From positions 34,839-98,838 of IMG/VR virus record IMGVR_UViG_3300038679_000131: DNA of 64,000 nucleotides, one strand, 5' to 3'. The translations under genes and the position numbers were made by a program. This DNA is from a virus. The notes beneath the pieces are model-generated. The model saw only the letters and a program-made list of their open reading frames with translations. It ran no database searches and was not told the DNA's origin. Below are positions 9,086-18,291 of the stretch, in pieces (within the stretch, counting starts at the first letter, position 1; the number at the start of each line of letters is the position of its first letter).

Positions 9086-9112
9086 ATTATACGACACTCA
9101 AGACTTTTTAGA
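9086..9112 (-). promoter_or_regulatory. Phage-specific promoter, copy 2
   Basis: tctaaa aagtcttgag tgtcg tataat. Confidence 0.7.
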
Positions 9113-9200
9113 TTGACAAAATGCAGTTCTCAGAGTTTTTTATTTATGCCGTACAGCGATGGGAAATGCCTCTTGGCCGTTTTAAAATTTGAAATGAATA

Positions 9201-10445
9201 TCAATCATCATCAAAATTATTTCCTTTTAAAAATATGTGGTTGGGCCAAAGTTCTTTTGCTTCTTCTTTAGAAAGGATATATTCAGTATGTTTGATTGTC
9301 CCTTCCCCATGAACTTCGGGAAGATATATGTCAGTATCCTGCTCAGTATCTACAAAATAGTCAATTATCACTTTATTCCAAAACCAATCTTGTAATAAAA
9401 CCTTTGTAGATACTTTAAATTTTCGATACTGTTTTTTCTTCCAATTTAAGGAACCGATAACATATCCTACCCATCTACTTGTATATCCACTTATTCCGCC
9501 ATGTGCTTCTGCAAAGTCATAGAGAATCATAGACGCTTTAATTAAATCATTTTCTTCCTTTTCATTCTCAATTGAAAACATCATATCATATCTTTCAGTA
9601 AGAACATGGGTTACTACTTTAAGTAATTCTTCATCCCTTTTAGTCCTTTTAAGTTTGAAATCTTTTTCAGCTTCCTCTTCCATTTTCATTTTTTGAACTT
9701 CAATTGCTGCGGTAAGATTTGGGGGATTATGATAAAAATGCATAAATATCGACTTATCTTTTAGGTAAGAAGCTTGTTCATAAAACAAAACATCAAGTAA
9801 TTTTTTCTTTGCCAAAAATTCTTTGTTATACGGAAGATAATTACTTGAATAAGCAGCTTTACAATATCTTTTTATTGTATCAATTATTTCATCTACTGTA
9901 AAAGACTGATTTAATTCTCGTAATTCAATTACCGGAACTTTAGAGAAGAAGGTACCTGCAATTAGCTTTCGCAAAGATTTAACAGTTCTCTTTAAGGTTT
10001 CAGTAGGTACAGGATAGACACCATTAATAGGTTCGGGTATTTTAATATTTGGAGTGCATTCAAGACCATTCCAATAATTGAGAATTTTTAAAATTGAAGG
10101 TGGAATAGTTAAAAATGAGGACAAATCCTTTGGTTTTTTCTTTCTACGGTTCATTGTTTCTTTAATACCCTTTGTTGCAATCTCAACAATCGACGGTTCA
10201 ATGATTTCTCTCTTACGCAAACGAGCCATTTTAGTCTCCTTCTGCAAAGTGATAAAGTTACTACGTCCATCTTGTTTAGATTTTTTAATACAAAGTTTCC
10301 CTTGCTCTTGTAAAGAGCAAAGGATTCTTTGTGTTCGTCGATATGATAGTTGTAAATAATGACAAAGTTCATTATAAGAAAAGAATTTGTTTGGATGTTT
10401 GGCAAGCAGTTCCAATAACAGTTCTGGTTTTTTAGATATTCTCAT
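9201..10445 (-). CDS. Putative replication initiator or DNA-binding protein with N-terminal winged HTH
   Basis: FSYNELCHYLQLSYRRTQRILCSLQEQGKLCI (wHTH); ILNYWN motif of initiator C-terminal domains; next to DnaB and primase. Confidence 0.5.
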   Translation of the reverse strand: MRISKKPELLLELLAKHPNKFFSYNELCHYLQLSYRRTQRILCSLQEQGKLCIKKSKQDGRSNFITLQKETKMARLRKREIIEPSIVEIATKGIKETMNRRKKKPKDLSSFLTIPPSILKILNYWNGLECTPNIKIPEPINGVYPVPTETLKRTVKSLRKLIAGTFFSKVPVIELRELNQSFTVDEIIDTIKRYCKAAYSSNYLPYNKEFLAKKKLLDVLFYEQASYLKDKSIFMHFYHNPPNLTAAIEVQKMKMEEEAEKDFKLKRTKRDEELLKVVTHVLTERYDMMFSIENEKEENDLIKASMILYDFAEAHGGISGYTSRWVGYVIGSLNWKKKQYRKFKVSTKVLLQDWFWNKVIIDYFVDTEQDTDIYLPEVHGEGTIKHTEYILSKEEAKELWPNHIFLKGNNFDDD

Positions 10446-10631
10446 TTTTATCCCTTAACAAAGTATTCCGATTCTCTGAAATCATTTTCGACCAAAGATG
10501 TAGAAACGAAGTTTCTACTAATTTCAAAACTAGTAATAGTATTTGTTATTAGTAGTATTACTACTACCAAAGATTATTCTTTTTTTCACAATATAGATAG
10601 GATGTCTTTTGTTTATCACAGTTTTGCTAAA

Positions 10632-10694
10632 AATTAGGGGACGTTTAGACAGTAGGATAGGGTACTTTTTCATCTTTCTAAACGTCCCCTAATT
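10632..10694. repeat. 18-bp perfect inverted repeat downstream of dnaB
   Basis: AATTAGGGGACGTTTAGA...TCTAAACGTCCCCTAATT. Confidence 0.8.
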
Positions 10695-10745
10695 CTGTTG
10701 GTTTTGTAAACTTTTTTCCATTAGGAATATTTTTCATTTTTTCTC

Positions 10746-13496
10746 TTAGTTTTTATTATTTTTTCTTTTTACTAAACGGCTTCCAAGATAAGGCTGTCCA
10801 CATTGTAATTGAGAAAGGGCTATGAGTTCTTTTCCTGGCTGCATTTCTGTCCATCTATCAGCAATTTTACCAATTCTCATTACCCTTTGTTCATAATCTG
10901 TCTCGTTTTGATTGAGAGTAATACAAATATCCATATGAGCAATTATCTGTACATACCCTGCTGTGTGGCTAATTTTTAAGTGTTCAGAATCCCCTCCTTT
11001 TCTATCAGTTTGAAGGGGAGCAATAAAAAGAACTTGCTTTTCTTCAGCAATCCTTTTAATTGTTTTCCAAGTCTCTCCAAAAGCAGAATATTCTTTACTT
11101 GTTTCCCTTTCTTCTTTTAGAATAGCTGGGTAATCTAAAACAATTACATCTGGAATAAAATCTTCCCGCCATTCTAAAACATCAATGTCATTGATAATTT
11201 GTGTTAAATTAGCCGAAAACATTGGATAACATAAAAATCTAACATTGTTCTTTCCATGCATTAAATGGAAGTTTTTTATCTTCTTAGTAAGTTTTTGAGA
11301 ATCTATTCCTTTTTTGTGGTAGGAATGTAAAGAAATAGTTAAATCCAATCCTTCTTTTACTTTACAAATGTCACAAGGGATATATCCTTGTTCACCATAT
11401 TTTACATCACAAATTCGACTTGTTTTTTTGCAGGTATTGTATTTATTTTTAGAGCAGTCAAAGAAAGGAAATTCGTAATTTCCATCTTTTTCTGGGAAGC
11501 ATCCTAGCTGTTGCCAAAATCTTTTGACTAGTTTTTTATAGGGCATTTCTAAAGAAATGAATACCACTCTTAATCTTTCTTCTAAGGCTGTTATAAGGAA
11601 ATTTTGAGCCCACCAGGTGTTGTGGGCGATAATGTCGTTAGAAACGAAATTATGGGTTTCAGAAATAGATAAGTCATAAGTCTGTTCCATTCCCATATCT
11701 ATTATAGATTCAATTTTATCCCAAAGGATATCAGAGTTTGCAATTGATATTAATTCTTGGTCTTTTAGGAAGTCTCCAATTTCTTTTACAGTAGATCGGG
11801 AAACCCTTTCTTTATTTCTTATTATACGGGATATTCTTGATGTAAATGGATTAATAGATTTATAAAAGGACCATATTTGTTTATTAACCATAATTTGTTT
11901 AATTCTTTCTGCTAATTCTGTAGGGAAGCTATCAGCAGTTCTTCCATAAAGTTTAAGACTATTAGAAGACGAAAGTAAATCAATGGCTTTTTCTTGTTTT
12001 GAAAAAATGAATCCTATTTCATTTATAAAGGTTATGACATTTTCTTTGTCTCCGAAAAGGATTTGATAATTTGAATTTTTAGTTGTTTTCTTTTTACTTA
12101 TCTTACCTATAATTCCAAATCTTAATAGGAGATGCTGTACTTGATGGATTAATTTTTTACTTGCTGAAGCATATCCTATTACTACACCGGTCTTGCTTTT
12201 CCAGATTGTACCATCACAAGTGAATAAAACAGAAAGGAATAATTTTAGATTATCTTTGGTTAAAGAAAATACAATCTCAGGAATTTCTTTTTTTTCTGAT
12301 TTTACCAATTTGGTTTTTATTTCTTTTAACCAGGTCTTTGTTTTAGTAGGAATTGAACTAAGTTTTTCTTGGTCTTTTTTTATTCTTAATGTTATTTCTT
12401 CTGTAGTTTCTGAGGTAGTGTCACCCATTAATTTAATCATGGAGGAAAAATCTTCCCTTATCTTTTTCTCTCCATTGGTAAAACAAATATTTCCAGAGCC
12501 AATCATTCCTTCAGCTAAAAGATATGATAATATTTTAATCTTGTATTCAGGCCATTCTACTGTTCCAAAGAAATCAATTTTTCTTGGTACAGCAATAAAA
12601 TCACTAAGGGATAAATCTTTTACCTCTTTCCAACCTTTGTAAGTAAGAAGTGGATGATTAAGTGTAATTTTTATTTCTCTTCCTGTTTTAGTTTTTATTT
12701 TGATAACAGGTTTTTCTCCATTCTTCCAAAAATCTGCAACTGTTCCTTTAATTAATTTCCCATCTTTTGATAAGGTTACAATATTTTTCTCTTTGTCCTT
12801 AATGACATCAATCAATTTTTTTACTCTTCCATCGGAGAGAAGAATTTCATTATCTCCGGTTAAGCACTTCCCTCTCTTTTGACTACCTAATATTCCTAAT
12901 ACGTACCCCCTATGGAGAGGACCAATAAAACTCCCAAGAGGTTCTGGCATAGTTAGAAGTGGTGTTTTGTCATCTTCTAAACAGCTAAGGGCAAAAGACA
13001 AATTACATGGATCTAAAGAAGGAACATTTTTAATTGTGGCCTTTTGACTCCTAGCCACTGCTGCTTCTGCCGCACTTATAGCAGCCATATCTCCATTACT
13101 ACTTTCTAAGATGAGGGAGGCTTCTTTTATTCCTAATAGAAAGCTTTGTTTTTTTAAATAAACCTCAGCTTGTTTTTGGAGATAGTCTTCATTAGGGGGA
13201 TTTTCAAGGTATTGTTCTGAGAGGGTTTTGAGAAATTCTTCAATATCTAGTGCATCTTCTGGGTTAAGTTCACTCCTTTCCGCCAGGTAGATTTCCTGAA
13301 TGTCTTTCCCTGGAGCACGATTGTATAAACTATAATAATCTTTAATCCATTTGGAGATTTTCTGTCCAACATTTAGTTGGAATAGTTTTGGGTCTATCAG
13401 AGATTTTAATGCATGGTTTATTTTGTCTGAGGTGATGAAACCTATAAGAACTTGTTTTTCTATATCTTTGTTGACAACACGGCGTCGCAGTCTCAT
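10746..13496 (-). CDS. dnaB: DnaB-like (SF4) replicative helicase containing an intein
   Basis: Walker A GSQKRGK/T split by the intein; FISLEM; VIVLDY; PLQTDR; adjacent to primase. Confidence 0.88.
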   Translation of the reverse strand: MRLRRRVVNKDIEKQVLIGFITSDKINHALKSLIDPKLFQLNVGQKISKWIKDYYSLYNRAPGKDIQEIYLAERSELNPEDALDIEEFLKTLSEQYLENPPNEDYLQKQAEVYLKKQSFLLGIKEASLILESSNGDMAAISAAEAAVARSQKATIKNVPSLDPCNLSFALSCLEDDKTPLLTMPEPLGSFIGPLHRGYVLGILGSQKRGKCLTGDNEILLSDGRVKKLIDVIKDKEKNIVTLSKDGKLIKGTVADFWKNGEKPVIKIKTKTGREIKITLNHPLLTYKGWKEVKDLSLSDFIAVPRKIDFFGTVEWPEYKIKILSYLLAEGMIGSGNICFTNGEKKIREDFSSMIKLMGDTTSETTEEITLRIKKDQEKLSSIPTKTKTWLKEIKTKLVKSEKKEIPEIVFSLTKDNLKLFLSVLFTCDGTIWKSKTGVVIGYASASKKLIHQVQHLLLRFGIIGKISKKKTTKNSNYQILFGDKENVITFINEIGFIFSKQEKAIDLLSSSNSLKLYGRTADSFPTELAERIKQIMVNKQIWSFYKSINPFTSRISRIIRNKERVSRSTVKEIGDFLKDQELISIANSDILWDKIESIIDMGMEQTYDLSISETHNFVSNDIIAHNTWWAQNFLITALEERLRVVFISLEMPYKKLVKRFWQQLGCFPEKDGNYEFPFFDCSKNKYNTCKKTSRICDVKYGEQGYIPCDICKVKEGLDLTISLHSYHKKGIDSQKLTKKIKNFHLMHGKNNVRFLCYPMFSANLTQIINDIDVLEWREDFIPDVIVLDYPAILKEERETSKEYSAFGETWKTIKRIAEEKQVLFIAPLQTDRKGGDSEHLKISHTAGYVQIIAHMDICITLNQNETDYEQRVMRIGKIADRWTEMQPGKELIALSQLQCGQPYLGSRLVKRKNNKN
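11619..12866 (-). mobile_element. Intein (416 aa) with LAGLIDADG homing endonuclease, inserted in the P-loop
   Basis: K|CLTGD...TLNHPLL...YLLAEG...LFTCDG...TYDLS..THNFVSNDIIAHN|T. Confidence 0.93.
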
Positions 13497-14416
13497 TGTA
13501 GTTCCTTCATAAGGTAAGAAGCATCAGTAGGAGTTAAAAGAGCAGGATCAGGAATACCAATTTCAATTATCTCTGTTTCTGTAAACCAAAGTTTATTTGC
13601 TATCTTTTCTGGTTTTCCTTTATCAAGGGTGTCTTCATCAAGAAGAATGAAGACTTTAGTGGGTTTCTTTTCTCTAATTAGACTGACTTGTGTTGGGGTA
13701 AGTTCACTTTTGAAGATAGCAACAGAACCTGTTCCTAACCGCCACTGATCAAAAATTCCTTCAACAATGACAATTGGTGATTCTGGGGGAAGGTCATCAT
13801 AACCATATAGCAAATCATTTATGTCTATTTCAGCTTTTTCGTTTGGGCAAGTTTTGTAGGAGAGAGGGTTTTTTTCTGATAGTGCTCTGGCTGTGAAATT
13901 TACTATTTTCCCTTTTGATGTTATTGGAATAATCAATCGGTATTTGTAATCTCCTCTCAGTCCTGAGTAGAACAAATTATATTTTTTTATTATTTGTTCC
14001 GGGTCAAAGTTGCGTTCTGTTAAATAAGAAGAAACTATTTTTGGAATATTACTTGGAATTATTAGTTCAAATTCTTTAGGCCAAACAAGTATTCTTGAGA
14101 TATTTACTTCTTGTTCTTGGTATGTTGCTACTAAATTGAAATCTTGATATTTTTCTGCTGTTTCTTTTGCTTCACCCCAAGAGCATTTTTCAATTTCTTT
14201 TATGAGTTTTACAGGATTTCCCCTATTGCCACAAATCCAACAATAGAAAATTTTACTTTGAAGATTAATTCCACAATGAAATGAATGGTCAGTACAAATT
14301 GGAAAAGGACAAGTAATGCCAATCCATCCATCAGAAATGTTCTTGCCTGAAGATAAATAAAGGATGTTTTTATCATTCAAATAAGAAATAACGTCAAAAG
14401 AGCTTGACATAAACAT
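13493..14416 (-). CDS. DNA primase (Zn finger plus TOPRIM)
   Basis: CPFPICTDH...CWIC; FTARAL; VIVEGIFD; LLDED. Confidence 0.88.
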   Translation of the reverse strand: MFMSSSFDVISYLNDKNILYLSSGKNISDGWIGITCPFPICTDHSFHCGINLQSKIFYCWICGNRGNPVKLIKEIEKCSWGEAKETAEKYQDFNLVATYQEQEVNISRILVWPKEFELIIPSNIPKIVSSYLTERNFDPEQIIKKYNLFYSGLRGDYKYRLIIPITSKGKIVNFTARALSEKNPLSYKTCPNEKAEIDINDLLYGYDDLPPESPIVIVEGIFDQWRLGTGSVAIFKSELTPTQVSLIREKKPTKVFILLDEDTLDKGKPEKIANKLWFTETEIIEIGIPDPALLTPTDASYLMKELQ

Positions 14417-14532
14417 AGGGTGGAGAACCTTTTGAAATTACTGAGAAAAATGAGTTGCAGAGTTGACATTAAAACAGAAAATAAGTAATGTCAAGAAAAA
14501 AGATGCTTGGTGTTTTAAATAATGTGACATCC

Positions 14533-14862
14533 TTACTTAATTTTATTTATGACTTTATCAAATAATTTTAAACCAATTGCTCTCCTCTTTTGATATTCTT
14601 TTGAGGAAGGATCATTATTAGGACCAACCCAAGTCTTAGGGTCTTTACTGTAGGCATTTTTTCTACGGTTGAATGATTCTTTATAATAAAATTCAGGAGT
14701 TAAGAGTTTACTTGGGTGATTGGCTAATTGACTTATTGCTCTACTTTCAAAGTAGAGGAGAGCATCAAGGGCTAACATTGCCCAATAACATTCGTCATGG
14801 GTTGGCTTCTCTCCTGATTTAGCTGCATCAATAATTTCAAATAAAGTTTTCATTTTATCCAC
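14533..14862 (-). CDS. Hypothetical protein
   Basis: Overlaps the helicase end; operon context. Confidence 0.55.
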   Translation of the reverse strand: MDKMKTLFEIIDAAKSGEKPTHDECYWAMLALDALLYFESRAISQLANHPSKLLTPEFYYKESFNRRKNAYSKDPKTWVGPNNDPSSKEYQKRRAIGLKLFDKVINKIK

Positions 14863-16208
14863 CCCCGATCGAAATATAAAATTAGCCTTTCTCCAAAGTG
14901 TTCAATTAAGAATCTGTGACTAGGATCAAAGAAATCTACAAGATGGATTTCTTTTTTCTCATCAGTTACTCTAAGCCCCCTACCTATTTTTTGAAGAATA
15001 GCAATTTCACTCTTACCGCCAGCAGCATTTATTACTGCACCAAGACTCGGTATATTTACACCTTCATTAAATATTGTCGTTGCTATTGCCACTTTGATTT
15101 CTCCTGATACTAAACCCTTTCTCACTTCCTCTCGGTCTTCATCTTCGGAACCGCCATGGATATACTTTAATTTTAATTCTGGAAATTGATTTTCAGCCAT
15201 GGATTCAAGGATATGACCATGTTCTATCCTAACTGTCAATATGAGAGAAGATAGACCTTTCTCCAAATATTCTTTTGCACATTCCAATATCCTTTTATTT
15301 CGGACTTTATTTTCTACTATAGCAGCTTGGTATAGTTCAGGATACTTTTGGATATTTCTAAAGTGGGGATTCCTAGCAATTTTAATAAGCCTTAATTTAG
15401 GTTCAGCAAGGAAACCTAAGTCAATAAGTTCATCCATCTGGACCTCTGCAATGACAGGTCCCAGATGTCCTTCTGCGGCAAGTTGCGCTTCCGGGAGGTA
15501 GCCAAGGGTTGCAGTAAGTCCAAACCTGTGGGCAGCATTGATAAGTCTTTCTAGGACTTTAGCATAAGACTTACCAAATCCTGATACGTGGTGAGCCTCA
15601 TCTACTATTACAACTGTAGGAATTTTGTCAAAGTCAGTAGGACTAAGTCTATTTAGAGTCTGAATCATTCCAACTGTTATTCTATTGGGGTCTAATTTTC
15701 CTGAGCCTATAACACCAACTTCATTAGGAAACCATTTCTCAAATTCATCTAATGTTTGTTTGAGAAGGTCTTTAGTATGTACGATAAAAATAATATTTTC
15801 TTTAGGGAAGGAACTAATTAATGCTCCGGCAATTATAGTCTTTCCACTTCCTGTAGGCGAATGAATAATTCCTCTTGAACAGTTCAAAGCTTCTGTTAGG
15901 GCTTTATGTTGGTAATTGTGTAAAGTTATTTCGGGTAAAGAAGGTGGAACAATATGTGTGTGATGGTCAAATCCCCATTTGATCTCCAGGGGTCGGTTGT
16001 GCTTATCACAAAACTGTTTAATTTTTGGTATGAAGCCTGTTAAGAACCTTCCGTTTTTGTCAATAACTAATTTATTAATTATTTTCTCTTTTCTGCGGAA
16101 AGGACCTTGTATCCATACAGAACTTTTGTAAGAAAGAATCGGATGAAGAAATGAATGATCTCCAGACACAACTTTGGAATATATGGGAGAAGCAGCGTAA
16201 ATCTTCAT
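14850..16208 (-). CDS. Superfamily 2 DEAH helicase (UvsW/Rad25-like)
   Basis: YQ..A, PTGSGKT, VDEAHH, GLTAT, EGVNIP, QKIGRGLR. Confidence 0.92.
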   Translation of the reverse strand: MKIYAASPIYSKVVSGDHSFLHPILSYKSSVWIQGPFRRKEKIINKLVIDKNGRFLTGFIPKIKQFCDKHNRPLEIKWGFDHHTHIVPPSLPEITLHNYQHKALTEALNCSRGIIHSPTGSGKTIIAGALISSFPKENIIFIVHTKDLLKQTLDEFEKWFPNEVGVIGSGKLDPNRITVGMIQTLNRLSPTDFDKIPTVVIVDEAHHVSGFGKSYAKVLERLINAAHRFGLTATLGYLPEAQLAAEGHLGPVIAEVQMDELIDLGFLAEPKLRLIKIARNPHFRNIQKYPELYQAAIVENKVRNKRILECAKEYLEKGLSSLILTVRIEHGHILESMAENQFPELKLKYIHGGSEDEDREEVRKGLVSGEIKVAIATTIFNEGVNIPSLGAVINAAGGKSEIAILQKIGRGLRVTDEKKEIHLVDFFDPSHRFLIEHFGERLILYFDRGWIK

Positions 16209-16462
16209 AATTCCTTCTCAAATAATCTTATTCCAGCACAGGCATAGGAACCACACGGGAGAAACTTGTCATAAAATGCTTGTGATTTTGCAGCAGCATC
16301 TAAAGCAGCCTTTTCTGTTTTATATTTACTCTCAACTCCACATGGTCCTGCTATTTCATATCCGATGGTTGGACCATGCTCAGTCCACTCATGTCCTGAG
16401 ATTGGGTTCTTCTTATGGATTCGTTTGAAGACTTCTCGGATTCTTAGTTTTATTTTCTTCAA
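16205..16462 (-). CDS. Hypothetical protein
   Basis: AGAGGAGG RBS; overlaps both neighbours. Confidence 0.5.
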   Translation of the reverse strand: MKKIKLRIREVFKRIHKKNPISGHEWTEHGPTIGYEIAGPCGVESKYKTEKAALDAAAKSQAFYDKFLPCGSYACAGIRLFEKEL

Positions 16463-16899
16463 ATGTGTCCTCCTCTAAGCAACGGCCATTTCATTTCCCA
16501 GTTGTCAATTACACCATAACTTTTTCTTTCCAGAAGAACTTTGGAAACATATTTTATACTGAAGAAAACCCCAAAATATTCTGTTCCTGTTTCCCACGTA
16601 GTGTCAATTACATGAAAGTCCTTGTCAAGGCACCAAGCGTGAAGAACAGGAATAACACCCATTGCATAGCCTTCATAATAGATTAAATTATGCTCAACCG
16701 CCAGGAGATAGGCATTACGAAAACATTCTTTTATAGTTCCTTTTGGATAGTCGTCAGACCTTGTACTTCTTTCTCCCATCTCCTTTCCGTTTTTTAGAAT
16801 GAAGGATTCAATTGAATGGTATTTAAAGTCGGGTCGAAGGGTAGAAGATTTTATATGAAAATCGTGAATGGTTTTTAAATAATTTTGGATATTATTCAC
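16459..16899 (-). CDS. Hypothetical protein with papain/transglutaminase-like C-H-D pattern
   Basis: ECFRNA...YYEGYA...HAW...VIDTTW...YFG. Confidence 0.5.
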   Translation of the reverse strand: MNNIQNYLKTIHDFHIKSSTLRPDFKYHSIESFILKNGKEMGERSTRSDDYPKGTIKECFRNAYLLAVEHNLIYYEGYAMGVIPVLHAWCLDKDFHVIDTTWETGTEYFGVFFSIKYVSKVLLERKSYGVIDNWEMKWPLLRGGHI

Positions 16900-17114
16900 A
16901 GATTTTCAACCCTAGTTACAAATTGGTTTTTAATAGATTGATTAAAAAATTTCCCAACAGATTCAGCAGCCATTAATTCATCATAGGTGTATGAAGGAAC
17001 TCTTTCATAAGAGTAAACTTTTCCACCTTTAAATCTGATGTAAAGGATTTCATTTGGTTCGTTATAACCGATTGCCTCAATATTGCTTGAGGTTACTGGA
17101 ATCATGTTAATCAT
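16896..17114 (-). CDS. KTSC domain protein
   Basis: VTSSNIEAIGYN...LYIRFKGGKVYSYERVP...LMAAESVGKFFNQSIK. Confidence 0.9.
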   Translation of the reverse strand: MINMIPVTSSNIEAIGYNEPNEILYIRFKGGKVYSYERVPSYTYDELMAAESVGKFFNQSIKNQFVTRVENL

Positions 17115-17133
17115 ATTTTCCTCCTTTTAATTG

Positions 17134-17209
17134 TGGTCGGGACGGTGGGTCACGATCCCACGACTTCAGGCTCCCAAAGCCTGCACTCTACCAACTGAGC
17201 TACGCCCCG
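17134..17209 (-). tRNA. trnP: tRNA-Pro(TGG), CCA encoded
   Basis: CGGGGCG TA GCTCAGTTGGTAGAGT G CAGGC TTTGGGA GCCTG AAGTC GTGGG ATCGTGA CCCAC CGTCCCG ACCA folds into a 76-nt cloverleaf. Confidence 0.92.
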
Positions 17210-17233
17210 AGATATATTTTTATTGCTCTTGAT

Positions 17234-17260
17234 ATTATACGATAGAAGAACAGTTTTAAG
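17234..17260 (-). promoter_or_regulatory. Phage-specific promoter, copy 3 (upstream of tRNA-Pro)
   Basis: cttaaa actgttcttc tatcg tataat. Confidence 0.6.
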
Positions 17261-17264
17261 CAGT

Positions 17265-17786
17265 TTATTTTGCCAGGAAAAATGAATCTAAGCACGGTTC
17301 CCTTCGACTTGTCGTTACATATGAGGCAAAGTCAAAAGCATTTTTTCTTTTCCAATTTAATTCTTTGGTTAGGAACTTTATTAATGTTGATTTATTTATG
17401 TTGTTTTTTGGGAACATTTCTGCAAACTTCTCTGGGTTTTCATAGATTCTTTTTACCAGGGTTTTCATGTGAAAAGGGAGTTCTTCAAATTGAAGGCGGG
17501 ATACTTTGACTGTTCTGTTTGACAAGTTATCAATAAATTGGTTTCGATCAAGGTTATTGTTTAACCTCTTTGCCACCCGATACATATCTGTAAAGCGTTG
17601 TTCTATTTGATTCCCAAGAGCAGTTATGAAACTGCAAGATAGGTCTGAGTTAAGTAATTTAGCATATATCATATATGCTTCCGACCATAAGTCTTCTATG
17701 GTTATAGACGGATCAATAAAAGTTATGTTCTTAAACCTTTTTATGTAGTTAAACATAAAAGCATCGTACTCGGTAGATACTTGCAT
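17265..17786 (-). CDS. Sigma-70-family (ECF-like) transcription factor
   Basis: IEDLWSEAYMIYAKL...SFITALGNQIEQRFTDMYR resembles sigma region 2 (EDLxQEa...F.T.L...I.N...D..R). Confidence 0.55.
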   Translation of the reverse strand: MQVSTEYDAFMFNYIKRFKNITFIDPSITIEDLWSEAYMIYAKLLNSDLSCSFITALGNQIEQRFTDMYRVAKRLNNNLDRNQFIDNLSNRTVKVSRLQFEELPFHMKTLVKRIYENPEKFAEMFPKNNINKSTLIKFLTKELNWKRKNAFDFASYVTTSRREPCLDSFFLAK

Positions 17787-17808
17787 ATATCCTCCTTTTT
17801 ATAAGGTT

Positions 17809-17837
17809 ATTCTTTCATTAATTTCATAGAAAGTCAA
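17809..17837 (-). promoter_or_regulatory. Host sigma70-type promoter for the sigma-like gene
   Basis: TTGACT-17 nt-AAGAAT, with TG in the extended -10 position. Confidence 0.5.
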
Positions 17838-17845
17838 GTAATTTT

Positions 17846-18265
17846 TTAGCGGCGCTTCAGTTTATTTGGCCGGTTTATAGCAGGACAAAAATCAGAGTGA
17901 TGAAAACCATGTATAAATTCTATTCCTTTTTTGGTTTCTTGAGCATAAAGGCATTTTACATTCTTAGGCCCGATTCTAAGGTGCATGACTTTCTTCACAT
18001 TTGATTTAAGTTTTTCAGCAGGAACTTCAGATAGGAATATTGAACCATTCTCATCTTTTCCTTGAAAGAACTTATCCCAAAATCTGAAGTTATCCATAAT
18101 CTTCCTAGCTTCTTCCGGCTTTCTTGTCCGAAGTTTTAAGGTAAAGATAATTCTTTTTCCAATATCTTCCCCACAGATTTGGCATTTTCCGTAGACAGTT
18201 GGAGATAAAATAACTTTATCTCCAGCAATTTCCTGATTACAGGAATTACAGACAAGGAATGACAT
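17846..18265 (-). CDS. Zn-ribbon hypothetical protein
   Basis: CNSC...CQIC; AGGAGGG RBS. Confidence 0.6.
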   Translation of the reverse strand: MSFLVCNSCNQEIAGDKVILSPTVYGKCQICGEDIGKRIIFTLKLRTRKPEEARKIMDNFRFWDKFFQGKDENGSIFLSEVPAEKLKSNVKKVMHLRIGPKNVKCLYAQETKKGIEFIHGFHHSDFCPAINRPNKLKRR

Positions 18266-18291
18266 GGTGAACCCTCCTTTTTTGTTAAGAA

